From assembly GCA_024229935.1 (NCBI GenBank), contig JAAERX010000042.1, positions 4,347 to 68,346 of the forward strand: a DNA stretch of 64,000 bases, in the 5' to 3' direction. The position numbers and the translations under genes were made by a program. Below, one piece after another: positions 29,328 to 38,799 of this stretch. Origin of the DNA: Gammaproteobacteria bacterium. Lineage in GTDB: Bacteria > Pseudomonadota > Gammaproteobacteria > Steroidobacterales > GCA-2729495. Below the pieces are notes generated by a model, which made no database searches, was not told the DNA's origin, and worked only from the letters and a program-made list of their open reading frames with translations. The first letter of the stretch is position 1. Each line of letters starts with the position of its first letter.

Positions 29328-30305
29328 TCAGATGATGCGATTACGCTTCTCACCCGCCTGAAAAGCCAGGATATTGCTAACAATTTCATCTATCGCCCTT
29401 TGTCTTGCTTCACGGGCACTCCAGGCTATATGCGGTGTGACAATAAGATTAGCTAAATTTGCCTTAAGCAGAATGTGGTTATCAATGGGTGGCTCCTGCT
29501 CCAGCACATCAATGCCTGCGCCACCAATTTCATTTTGCTCCAGTGCATGCAATAGCGCCTGATAATCTACCAGGCCACCACGTGCGGTATTAATTAGTAG
29601 TGCATCACTCTTCATCTGCTCGAGAGCATTGCTGTCAATGATATGCCGGGTGTCTTCATTTAAAGGACAGTGCAGACTTATGATGTCTGCCTGCTGCAGT
29701 AGTTCATGCAAAGCTAAGCGAGGCACACTTTGACCGGAAACACTTGGCGCAGAAGTGGTACGCCAGGGCAGCCGTGCAGCAACCACCCGCATGTTAAATG
29801 CCCGTGCTACGCCTGCTACGCCACTACCAAGAGCCCCAAGTCCGATTAGCCCAAGAGTTTTACCGCTGAGTTCACGGATGGGTGGGTCCAGTAAGCAGAA
29901 GTTCTCACTGTGCTGCCAGTCACCCTTATTCAGCCGTGCCTGATATAGCGCCAGGTGTTGGGTGAGCGTGAGCATTAATGCAAATACATGCTGTACTACT
30001 GAAGGGGTGCAGTATTCACGGATATTGCAAACGGCAATACCGCGCTCTTTTGCTGCATCCAGGTCGACATTGTCGGTGCCGGTTGCGGCAAGACAGATAA
30101 GCTTTAGATTGGGTGCCTGCTCAAGGCATGTCTCATCTACTAATAGTTTATTTACAACTATAACTTCTGGTGATTTTAGACGGTCTTTTAGCTCATCTTT
30201 ATTACTGGTTGGCCAGAATTGTATGTCTTTTAGTTTTTTTTTAAGGCTATCTAAATCCAGATCTTCTGGATGTAGTGTGGAAAAATCAAGAAATACAGTT
30301 TTCAT
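29328..30305 (-). CDS. D-isomer-specific 2-hydroxyacid dehydrogenase (glycerate dehydrogenase / hydroxypyruvate reductase-like)
   Basis: It has the NAD fold GLIGLGALGSGVA, the catalytic region INTARGGLVD and HIAWSAREA, and is 325 aa. Confidence 0.85.
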   Translation of the reverse strand: MKTVFLDFSTLHPEDLDLDSLKKKLKDIQFWPTSNKDELKDRLKSPEVIVVNKLLVDETCLEQAPNLKLICLAATGTDNVDLDAAKERGIAVCNIREYCTPSVVQHVFALMLTLTQHLALYQARLNKGDWQHSENFCLLDPPIRELSGKTLGLIGLGALGSGVAGVARAFNMRVVAARLPWRTTSAPSVSGQSVPRLALHELLQQADIISLHCPLNEDTRHIIDSNALEQMKSDALLINTARGGLVDYQALLHALEQNEIGGAGIDVLEQEPPIDNHILLKANLANLIVTPHIAWSAREARQRAIDEIVSNILAFQAGEKRNRII

Positions 30306-30319
30306 ATTGTTGGTTAAGC

Positions 30320-33046
30320 TTAACTTGAAGTCTGTAGGCCATGTGATATGCCATTAACGCTGGCTACCAGAGCAATAATGAGGCGTTCATCATTACGACC
30401 TCCCTCCCGCCAGCGTTTTAATAGCTCTACTTGCAGCAGGCTCATTGGGTCGACATAGGGGTTTCTTAGCCGGATGGAACGGCGCAGAGTATTGTTATTT
30501 TCAAGTAAAACCTTGCTCTGCCGTAAGTTCAGAATAGCCGCAACACTGCGGTTATATTCGGCCTGTATATTGGGAAAGAAACGGCCATGTAGTTCTTTAC
30601 CGGCAAGCAGTGAATAGTGTTCTGCAATACTAGGGTCAGTGATAGCCAGTGCTGTTTCAACATCATTTATCAGGCGTCGGAAGAAGGGCCAGCTGGTAGC
30701 CATCTCTCTTAGTAAAGGGGCTCCATATTCTGCAACAGCCTTTTCAAGGCCAGTGCCAAAACCATACCAGGCAGGAAACAGGTGGCGGCTTTGTGACCAG
30801 GCTAATGTCCAGGGAATATTACGTTCAAATATTTTACTGTCTGATTCTTTGGTGCTATTCCGCATGCCAATACGCATGTGCTCAATAACATCTACAGGGG
30901 TTGCCAGCCTGAAGTAATCATTAAACCCTGAATCACTGCCAGTTAGTTGTTGATGTGTGGTTTGGCTGGCTTCTGAAATGAGTTCCATTGCAGATGACCA
31001 TGCCACCAAATTTTTATTGTCACTTTCCAGTTCTGCTGTTGCTATAGCAACAGCACTAAAAGCTTTTTCCAGAGTGCGGAAGGCAATTCCTCGTACACCA
31101 TAGCGTTCATTAACTGCCTCACCATGTTCAGTTGTCCGCAGGTGGCCACAGGCTATACCATCTGAAACTCCGCCACGGCCAGATACACTGCCTCGCCCGT
31201 GGAATAATGTGTAGTTAATATTTGACTGGGTAAAGATCTTGCCGAGTGCATCATGGGCTCGCTTCATGTTCCAACGTGATGCAGCTATACCACCATCACC
31301 GCTGGCTTCAGAAGTACTGAGTTTTACAGTTTGGGTGGCGCCACGCTTTTCCAGATTAACTTTGTAAAAAGGGTCCTGCAGTAATTTTTCAATGAGAGCA
31401 GGTGCCAGATCTAATTCCTCTCCTGTTTCGAAGCAGGGTGCAATATCAAGTGGTACAGAACCATCAGTATTGGTCAGTCCTGCCCAGCGGGCTACCAGTA
31501 GTGCGGCCAGTACATCATCAACACCTCGACAGTGCCGCACCAGAATAACGCCTATAGCCTGTTGTCCATACTTGCGACGACAGAATTTAATTGCATTGAA
31601 AACAGATAAGAGCCGTTTGGCATCATTATCAGGTTCGGTTTTAGCTGAGTCATTAGCTATCAGTACGTTGCGGATTTGGTCGGCACGTTGGTCAGGTGGC
31701 TGTTCCATCCAGTCTTGTTTGTCGAGGCAGTGCCCAATAATGTGTTGCAGATCTTCAGCATTACAACGTATATCAAGTGATAATAGATGGAATCCAAAGG
31801 TTTCTGATCGACGGATGAGGCGCCTGACTGCAAATAATCCTGCATTGGCACCCTTACGGTGGGTAAGACTGTTTGCGATTATCTTCAGGTCATTTGTGAA
31901 CTGGTTGGTATCTTCATAAGGGAATGTGCCGTCATCGTAGGTCGCTTGTAGGCGCGCCATTATCAGTCGTAAAAGCATACGGTAAGGCATGTTTCGATAG
32001 CGATGTGGCGCTGTGCCGCGGATGCTGGGGAATTGCTTGGAGTATTCTTCAATCAATTCCAGTACAGGTGCATCGACGTCTATGCGGGACAGACTCTGGC
32101 TGAGTTTTTCAGCAAGTCTTTTGGCATCCTTATAGTACAGGTCAAGCAGTAATAGGCGTTGTCGTGCAAGCGTGTCACGCAGGATGCGTGCAGAGAATTC
32201 CTGGTTGGTGGAAATATCACCGCCTATCCATGAGCCAAAATGCAGCAGGTTAGGAATAGAAATAGTTTTTGCTTTTTTACCGTAGGCATCAGCCAGCGCT
32301 GAATCTAGTTCTTCATAGAATGGAGGTATGACCCGGTAAATGACATCTGTCAGGAAGAACAGCATGTGTTCAAGCTCATCAAATACGGTTGCAGCTTCTG
32401 ATGGGCTTTCCTCTGTCTGCCAAATTGCGGTGATGTCCGCACGAATACTTTCAAAACAGGCATTTTCTTCTTGTGGAGTAATGGCTGGGTTTTGCATATC
32501 TACCATGCGACGCACAATGCTTTGCTGTTTGCGTAGGATGGTGCGTCGGGTCGTTTCAGTTGGGTGTGGTGTGAATACGGGCTCAATCACAAGCTTATTG
32601 AGCATTTCTTCTACATGGCCTGTCTCAAAGCCAGCGTCACGTAGCCGATATACTGTTTCATCAAGTGAACGGGGCTGATGTTTATCTGTGTCTTTAAGAT
32701 AATCCCGACGGCGACGGATTCGGTGCACCTGCTCCGCTGTATTGACTACCTGGAAATAGGTAGAAAAAGCCCTCACCACATCGCGTGCTGCTGTAGCGCT
32801 CATTTTTCCAAGTAATTTATCGAGCTTCTGGCTGGCCTCCGCATCACCTTCACGTCTGTCAATAGCATACAGGCGGGCTGATTCGACAGTTTTATAAAGC
32901 GCTTCGCCGCCTTGCTCTACCAGTAGTTCACCCACCATCCTGCCGAGTGCGCGCACATCCTGACGTAGCGCTTCGTCTTTCTCGGCGAAACGAATGTTCT
33001 GCCGCTTAACTGTTGCTGCAGTGATTTGGGGCTTTGAATCATTCAT
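30320..33046 (-). CDS. ppc: Phosphoenolpyruvate carboxylase
   Basis: The 908-aa ORF carries VFTPHPTE, FHGRGSVSGRGG and a C-terminus ending NGISHGLQTSS (the family usually ends in ...TG), plus LRNPYVDPMS. Confidence 0.93.
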   Translation of the reverse strand: MNDSKPQITAATVKRQNIRFAEKDEALRQDVRALGRMVGELLVEQGGEALYKTVESARLYAIDRREGDAEASQKLDKLLGKMSATAARDVVRAFSTYFQVVNTAEQVHRIRRRRDYLKDTDKHQPRSLDETVYRLRDAGFETGHVEEMLNKLVIEPVFTPHPTETTRRTILRKQQSIVRRMVDMQNPAITPQEENACFESIRADITAIWQTEESPSEAATVFDELEHMLFFLTDVIYRVIPPFYEELDSALADAYGKKAKTISIPNLLHFGSWIGGDISTNQEFSARILRDTLARQRLLLLDLYYKDAKRLAEKLSQSLSRIDVDAPVLELIEEYSKQFPSIRGTAPHRYRNMPYRMLLRLIMARLQATYDDGTFPYEDTNQFTNDLKIIANSLTHRKGANAGLFAVRRLIRRSETFGFHLLSLDIRCNAEDLQHIIGHCLDKQDWMEQPPDQRADQIRNVLIANDSAKTEPDNDAKRLLSVFNAIKFCRRKYGQQAIGVILVRHCRGVDDVLAALLVARWAGLTNTDGSVPLDIAPCFETGEELDLAPALIEKLLQDPFYKVNLEKRGATQTVKLSTSEASGDGGIAASRWNMKRAHDALGKIFTQSNINYTLFHGRGSVSGRGGVSDGIACGHLRTTEHGEAVNERYGVRGIAFRTLEKAFSAVAIATAELESDNKNLVAWSSAMELISEASQTTHQQLTGSDSGFNDYFRLATPVDVIEHMRIGMRNSTKESDSKIFERNIPWTLAWSQSRHLFPAWYGFGTGLEKAVAEYGAPLLREMATSWPFFRRLINDVETALAITDPSIAEHYSLLAGKELHGRFFPNIQAEYNRSVAAILNLRQSKVLLENNNTLRRSIRLRNPYVDPMSLLQVELLKRWREGGRNDERLIIALVASVNGISHGLQTSS

Positions 33047-33233
33047 TGTAATGAGTGCTGTGCTGCCTGATTTGCTGTTGCTGCGAATCTTACGGCGGGT
33101 TGGTTAACAAAGGAAGTAAACAGAGCCCATAGGCATGAAATATATATAAGCTCTGGAAATAGCAGCACCCTGAGAATCTATGCATATCAATAGCATATAG
33201 GACAAGCCTTTAGTTGCGCTGTCTGCCAGATTA

Positions 33234-34526
33234 GTGCCACAGAATAACCCTGTGTACCGGGAGCTGAAGATGGCAATAAGTTCTGCTGTTATTCGTTTAG
33301 TGGGTCAGGCTGCACAACAAGAACCATATCCAGCTAGGTGGGAAACTCGCTTTGCTCATCTTTTTGAGACGGGGGTTTTGCACCTGCCAAAACAACCAGG
33401 CACAGAAATGGCACTGCATATAAGAGAGCTTCCTTTCGCAAATGATGTCGGTCGTATAGTGAATTTTTGTATTGAGCATATGCAGATTGCACAACGTAAT
33501 AAATGCTTATTAAATGTTGACCTAAATCAGGTGCAGACAAAATCTTTTACTGATTGGCTAATGTTATTCCAGACAGAGTTAGCTAATGCCATTTCAGATG
33601 GTGAACTAAATACAGCTAATCTGCTTTTTTCATTGCAGGATGATCACCCAGGTATTCGGGCGTTTCTTGATTTGCGTCACTCCAGTGTTCTGGGGTATCC
33701 GGCTATAGCAATTCGCTATGGCAATAGTTTGCTGAGATATGAGCACAGCTGGCAGGTACTTGTGGCAGCTAGTCATGAAGATGTTCGTATTAAACTGGTT
33801 CCTGCAATGGCAGTCAGGCCGCTATCAGGTTTGCATATGTTTGAACAGGGTGACTGTGTAATGCCTAACAGCCTCTTTGAGGTTAGTACAGACACCGCCT
33901 GGCTTATGCTTGAGATTGATGCAACATGTTTAGGTCCGCCTGTAAAAATGAAGCAACAGCTATCTGATTGTTTGCGTTTTGCTGATAATTTAATTGATCA
34001 AGTACTCTGGCCTCGTCCGGCTCTGCAACTTGATGCATTGCTCAACCGTAGGGTTGGGATTCATATCAGTTGTCTTGGTGACCTGCTGTGCCAACAGGGA
34101 ATGCATCCTGGCAAAGTTGAAACTTTTCATAGTTTGAAGCGTTGGCTGGCATTTGTACGCTGCTGTTTTGTACATGAGTCTATGTTCTTAGCTCGTCGTC
34201 GTGGGCCTTTTCCAGAACTAGGTGCTACTGAATTGATTGCTGAACTGACACCACGCTATGGTGTTTCTGCCGCTCGACGGCTGATACAAAATAGAAGTCT
34301 TAGGCACCGGCATATTCTTGCATTTTCACCGTTTGCTTTATTTCCCAGAAAACCTGCTGCATATGCAGATGAACTTTGGCTAAATCTTATTCCGGCACTG
34401 GGCTGTGCTGATGCATTAACCATGTTTGGACCTGATCCACGGGCAAGATTAAGCTTGCAGGCATGGCGTCGTCTGTTGCAGATGACGGGTGCATTAGGTG
34501 CATGTGATGCTGAAATAATAGGGTAA
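33234..34526 (+). CDS. Hypothetical protein with ribonucleotide-reductase-barrel-like motifs but no radical cysteine
   Basis: The 430-aa ORF has a GTG start (the alternative is Met13 at 33270). By eye, PNSLFE, LRFADNLIDQVLWPRP, NRRVGIHISCLGDLL, ARRRGPFPEL and NRSLRHRHILAFSPF resemble RNR class I/II motifs. See the findings. Confidence 0.6.
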   Translation: MPQNNPVYRELKMAISSAVIRLVGQAAQQEPYPARWETRFAHLFETGVLHLPKQPGTEMALHIRELPFANDVGRIVNFCIEHMQIAQRNKCLLNVDLNQVQTKSFTDWLMLFQTELANAISDGELNTANLLFSLQDDHPGIRAFLDLRHSSVLGYPAIAIRYGNSLLRYEHSWQVLVAASHEDVRIKLVPAMAVRPLSGLHMFEQGDCVMPNSLFEVSTDTAWLMLEIDATCLGPPVKMKQQLSDCLRFADNLIDQVLWPRPALQLDALLNRRVGIHISCLGDLLCQQGMHPGKVETFHSLKRWLAFVRCCFVHESMFLARRRGPFPELGATELIAELTPRYGVSAARRLIQNRSLRHRHILAFSPFALFPRKPAAYADELWLNLIPALGCADALTMFGPDPRARLSLQAWRRLLQMTGALGACDAEIIG

Positions 34527-34696
34527 TTACCTATTAATTTTTGGGTATTAAGATTAATAATCATTAAATGTATGCCTTTTCAAAGGCATAAACTTGACTT
34601 TGCGGCGTTGCGGGAAGGGTGCAACAATACTACTTCTTCTTTATGCCTTATTTAATCTTATTGCCATATCCGGCATGGTTTTTAATTTTATTTTAA

Positions 34697-36529
34697 TTGC
34701 GGAATATTCATTTGCCTCCTTTGCCAGACATACATGCGATAGCGGTCATCCTGATGACCGGCATTACGCTATATATGTTCGCGCGCGAACGTATTCCGCT
34801 TGAAACAACCGGTTTCCTTGTGTTGGTTACATTGGTTGTTGGTTTTTTTGTTTTTAAATACCCAGGTATTGAACCGCAAAAGTTCTTCCTGTCATTTGGT
34901 AATGAAGCGCTGGTAACTATTTGTGCATTACTTATTGTTGGTAAGGGGCTGGATGTAACGGGTGCTTTGCAGCCCCTTGCGAATCTTATGGCGGCTGGTT
35001 GGCAAGAGCGACCAAAGCTAGCGTTACTGACAACCTTAATAATAGGTGCTATTAGCAGCGCATTTCTTAATAACACACCAATAGTGGTGATGTTATTGCC
35101 TATTTTAGTGGCAGTAAGTTTACGAAGTGGTATTGCACCATCAGGGGTTTTGATCCCAATGGGGCTGGCTACACTAATTGGCGGTATGGCAACAACTATT
35201 GGCACCTCTACCAACCTGCTGGTAGTAGGTATAGCTTCCAGTCAGGGGTTCCCAAAGCTGGGGATGTTTGATTTTACTTTGCCCGTAGTAATAGCCGGGG
35301 TACCGGGGCTACTTTTTCTTTGGCTGGTTGCACCAAAATTATTGCCAGAACGTAAGGCACCTATGTCAGATATTGCGCCCCGAGTATTCAAATCATTGCT
35401 CTATGTTAATAAAGACAGCTTTGCCAATGGCAAAACCTTGACCGAAGTGCGTGCTAAAACAGAAAACTGCATGCGTATAGAAAGGGTGCAGCGGGGAGAA
35501 AATTTATTTGTTGCACGTTTGCCCTCAGTTGTCTTACAAGAAGGTGATCGTTTGTATGTAAGTGATACAGCTGATCGTCTCAAGGAGTATGAAAAACTGC
35601 TGGGGGCAACGCTCTATAATGCATCTGATGTAGAACATCCGGTCAGTGATGATGTGCCTTTGGCAAGTGAGGGGCAGCAACTGGCTGAGGCTGTTATCAC
35701 GCGTGGTTCTCCCTTGCATCATCGCACCCTGAATATCAGTCAGTTCAGCTCCCGTTTTGCTTTAGTGCCACTGGCAATACATCGTGCCCGACCTTCTGCA
35801 GATGTAGTTGGAGAGCTTGAATCAACCCGGCTGCGTACGGGTGACGTTATTCTTGTGCAGGGTTCACGTGAGGCTATAGTTGAATTACGTGCCAGTGGTT
35901 CAATGCTGGTACTTGATGGTACGACTGATTTGCCGCATACAGAGCGTGCCAATACTGCGCTGGGCATTATGATTGGTGTGGTTGCGTTGGCAGCATTTGG
36001 TTTGTTGCCAATTTCAATTAGTGCCCTGATAGGGGTTGTTGCCATGCTTATGACAGGTTGCCTGCGCTGGCGTGATGTAGGTGGCTCACTTAATATTCCT
36101 GTCATCATGATTATTGTTGCCAGCTTGTCATTGGGCACTGCATTGGTGCAAACAGGCGGTGCGGAGTACATAGCCCAATTGTTTGTAGCAGCAACCTATA
36201 CCTTGCCTATACCAATGGTATTAAGCGCCCTGATGTTGTTAATGACTGTGTTGACAAATTTAGTATCGAATAATGCTGCTGCTGTCATTGGGACACCGAT
36301 TGCAATTAGTGTGGCTTACCAGCTTGGTGTATCACCAGAGCCCTTCATACTGGCCGTTATTTTTGGCGCTAATATGAGCTTTGCAACACCTATAGGCTAT
36401 CAGACCAATTTGTTGATTATGTCGGCAGGTGGTTACAAGTTTTCAGATTTTATGAAGGTTGGTATACCGCTTACTGTCATTATGTGGATATCGTTCTCAA
36501 TTACACTCCCCATGCTATACGGCCTCTAG
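34697..36529 (+). CDS. SLC13/DASS-family anion permease with two central TrkA-C (RCK_C) domains
   Basis: Two membrane halves (NNTPIVVMLLPI / SNNAAAVIGTPI repeats) flank two soluble RCK_C-like segments. The TTG start is uncertain. Confidence 0.8.
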   Translation: MRNIHLPPLPDIHAIAVILMTGITLYMFARERIPLETTGFLVLVTLVVGFFVFKYPGIEPQKFFLSFGNEALVTICALLIVGKGLDVTGALQPLANLMAAGWQERPKLALLTTLIIGAISSAFLNNTPIVVMLLPILVAVSLRSGIAPSGVLIPMGLATLIGGMATTIGTSTNLLVVGIASSQGFPKLGMFDFTLPVVIAGVPGLLFLWLVAPKLLPERKAPMSDIAPRVFKSLLYVNKDSFANGKTLTEVRAKTENCMRIERVQRGENLFVARLPSVVLQEGDRLYVSDTADRLKEYEKLLGATLYNASDVEHPVSDDVPLASEGQQLAEAVITRGSPLHHRTLNISQFSSRFALVPLAIHRARPSADVVGELESTRLRTGDVILVQGSREAIVELRASGSMLVLDGTTDLPHTERANTALGIMIGVVALAAFGLLPISISALIGVVAMLMTGCLRWRDVGGSLNIPVIMIIVASLSLGTALVQTGGAEYIAQLFVAATYTLPIPMVLSALMLLMTVLTNLVSNNAAAVIGTPIAISVAYQLGVSPEPFILAVIFGANMSFATPIGYQTNLLIMSAGGYKFSDFMKVGIPLTVIMWISFSITLPMLYGL

Positions 36530-36609
36530 CGAGCGGACTTACAGCTAAAATGATGCCTGTGCTGGCTGGTTCCTTGACCTTGCTGCCTGTGGTCGCCATA
36601 CTCCCTGCC

Positions 36610-36675
36610 ATGATTGACAGGCTGAACAGACTGATTTGGTGGTGGTTACCTTCCAAGGAGAGGGTGGCTGGCTAG
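36610..36675 (+). CDS. trpL: trp operon leader peptide (three consecutive Trp codons)
   Basis: The peptide is MIDRLNRLIWWWLPSKERVAG, with TGG TGG TGG at 36637-36645. It lies 25 nt upstream of a terminator hairpin and 143 nt upstream of trpE. An in-frame ATG at 36550 would give a 41-aa leader instead. Confidence 0.8.
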   Translation: MIDRLNRLIWWWLPSKERVAG

Positions 36676-36700
36676 TTTGTAATGCCCGTAAGAACCAGCA

Positions 36701-36732
36701 ACCCATCTCCGTTTAACGGTGATGGGTTTTTT
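36701..36732 (+). terminator. trp attenuator terminator hairpin
   Basis: ACCCATCTCCG-loop-CGGTGATGGGT forms an 11-bp stem with one T:T mismatch, followed by TTTTTT. It sits between trpL and trpE. Confidence 0.8.
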
Positions 36733-36818
36733 ATTGCCTGTAGGGAAAGTGTTTCTGCCCCACCAAATCTATTAATTTTGGCTAACAATGTAGTCTCAAA
36801 TGAATTTAGAATAATGAT

Positions 36819-38207
36819 ATGCAACCACCTTTTGATATAGCTGCTGATCTGGATACGCCGGTTTCAACTTATTTGAAGCTTGGTCCATTACGCCCACGGT
36901 TTTTATTGGAAAGCGTGGAGAAGGGGGCCAATCTTGCTCGCTACTCATTTTTGGGTTTTGGTGAGGCGCTGGAATTTAGGCTTGATGAAACAGGCATCCG
37001 TTATGGTGATGTTGAACAGCCACGTCCTGCTAATCAGGCAGAGCTGTTGGCAGCATTGCGTGATGCGCTGAGTAAAACGCCTAAACTGATGCCGGAAGTG
37101 GAGGGACTGCCCTTCTCCGGAGGCCTGGTTGGTGTAGCGGGTTACGATACTGTGCGTTACTTTGAACGGCTGGAATCCCCCCCGGTTGAGCATGTAGGCC
37201 CACTGCCACCAGAAGTTGCCTATCTGGGTACGGAGTCACTCCTGGTCTTTGATCACCTAACTCGCAGTATTGCTTTATTGCATGCAGGTACTGAAGCTGA
37301 ACGTCAGGCATTGTGTACTGAAGTGCGACAGTTACTCAGGGGGCCTTTACCAGCCGCTAAACCTGGTAGTTATGAGCCTGCAGACCAGAGTCTGACAGAT
37401 GAAGAATTTAAGCAGCGGGTGGCAAAGGCAAAAGAATACATTACCAGTGGTGATATCTATCAGCTTGTATTGTCTGTACGTTTTACAGGCAGGCACAGTC
37501 TGCATCCATTTGAATGTTATCGGGCCCTACGGATACTCAATCCGTCTCCTTACATGTTTTATTGTGACCTGGGTGATGTGCAGGTGGTGGGGTCATCACC
37601 TGAAGCACTGGTTCGGCTGAATAATATGACAGCATCTCTAAGGCCCATTGCCGGCACCCGACCCCGTGGTGCAGATATAGCGGAAGATAATGAGAATGAA
37701 GCATCTTTGCTAGCAGATGAGAAAGAAAATGCTGAGCACGTCATGCTGGTAGATCTGGCACGTAATGATCTGGGGCGTGTGGCGACTGGAGGGTCAGTGC
37801 ATGTTGGGCCTTACCGTTCTATTGAGCGTTATAGCCATGTGATGCATATCGTAAGTGGTGTTGAGGGAGAATTGTGTGCTGACCGGGATGCATTTGATCT
37901 GTTTGCAGCAGCCTTTCCTGCGGGCACACTGGTAGGCGCCCCAAAAGTACGTGCTATGCAGTTGATAGATGAACTGGAGCCTGAACTAAGGGGGCTGTAT
38001 GCCGGTACGGTTGGGTATTTTGCTAATAACGGTGATATGGATCAGGCCATTACCATACGCACGCTGGTATTTCAGGGTGAACATTATAGTTATCAGGCGG
38101 GTGCAGGCATTGTTGCTGACAGCCAGCCTGAATATGAATATGACGAGGTACTGGCCAAAAGTGAAATTTTACGCCGGGCACTGGCAATGGCGGAGAAAGG
38201 CTTGTGA
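36819..38207 (+). CDS. trpE: Anthranilate synthase component I
   Basis: It has the N-terminal Trp-feedback motif LLESV and the chorismate-binding core [19 protein letters not shown] and GGAVGY-like GTVGYF. Confidence 0.95.
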   Translation: MQPPFDIAADLDTPVSTYLKLGPLRPRFLLESVEKGANLARYSFLGFGEALEFRLDETGIRYGDVEQPRPANQAELLAALRDALSKTPKLMPEVEGLPFSGGLVGVAGYDTVRYFERLESPPVEHVGPLPPEVAYLGTESLLVFDHLTRSIALLHAGTEAERQALCTEVRQLLRGPLPAAKPGSYEPADQSLTDEEFKQRVAKAKEYITSGDIYQLVLSVRFTGRHSLHPFECYRALRILNPSPYMFYCDLGDVQVVGSSPEALVRLNNMTASLRPIAGTRPRGADIAEDNENEASLLADEKENAEHVMLVDLARNDLGRVATGGSVHVGPYRSIERYSHVMHIVSGVEGELCADRDAFDLFAAAFPAGTLVGAPKVRAMQLIDELEPELRGLYAGTVGYFANNGDMDQAITIRTLVFQGEHYSYQAGAGIVADSQPEYEYDEVLAKSEILRRALAMAEKGL

Positions 38208-38794
38208 CAGCACGGGTTTTATTGATTGATAACTATGATTCATTCACCTATAACCTGGTGCAGTCATTTCTGGTGCTGGGTGCAGAGGTAGATGTCCATC
38301 GTAATGATCAGATTACAGTTGCTGCCGCACTTGCAATGAATCCTACCCATCTGGTTATTTCACCCGGACCTGGGCGTCCGGCAGATGCCGGCATCTCACT
38401 GGATATGATTGCTGCCTTTCAGCAGCAAGTGCCGATTCTGGGTGTGTGTCTGGGCCATCAGACGCTGGTACAGCATTTTGGTGGGCGTATTGTGGCTGCC
38501 GCCAGATTAATGCACGGTAAGACATCAATGATTGAGCATGATGGTCAGGCTTTGTTTGCAGGATTGCCGCAACCCTGTGAGGTAGGTCGTTATCATTCAT
38601 TGGCCGCGGAACGGGATAATATTCCCGATGTGTTAGAAGTAACGGCCCGTACAACGGGAGGGGAAATCATGGGTGTGCGTCATCGGGAGTTACCTGTAGA
38701 AGGCGTTCAGTTCCATCCTGAAAGTGTGCTGACACCAGAGGGTGACCAGTTATTAAAGAATTTTCTGCAGCTCAAAGCAGGTAAAAAAGGATAG
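38204..38794 (+). CDS. trpG: Anthranilate synthase component II (glutamine amidotransferase)
   Basis: It has [11 protein letters not shown], the catalytic GVCLGHQ, and FHPES. Its start overlaps the trpE stop as GTGA. Confidence 0.95.
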   Translation: MTARVLLIDNYDSFTYNLVQSFLVLGAEVDVHRNDQITVAAALAMNPTHLVISPGPGRPADAGISLDMIAAFQQQVPILGVCLGHQTLVQHFGGRIVAAARLMHGKTSMIEHDGQALFAGLPQPCEVGRYHSLAAERDNIPDVLEVTARTTGGEIMGVRHRELPVEGVQFHPESVLTPEGDQLLKNFLQLKAGKKG

Positions 38795-38799
38795 TTTGG

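Noticed and set aside
31392-31919. A 175-aa plus-strand ORF inside ppc. Similar long antisense ORFs occur at 34708-35214, 35740-36171, 27806-28219, 38772-39155 and 46381-46806.
   Set aside because: All lie opposite strongly supported genes, have biased Ser/Arg/Ala composition, and lack starts with ribosome-binding sites or any recognisable domain.
36484-36675. A 63-aa ORF overlapping the 3' end of the SLC13 permease gene.
   Set aside because: Only its C-terminal part makes biological sense, as the WWW leader peptide of the trp attenuator. The 5' part is out-of-frame overlap with the permease, so it was re-annotated as trpL starting at 36610 (or 36550).
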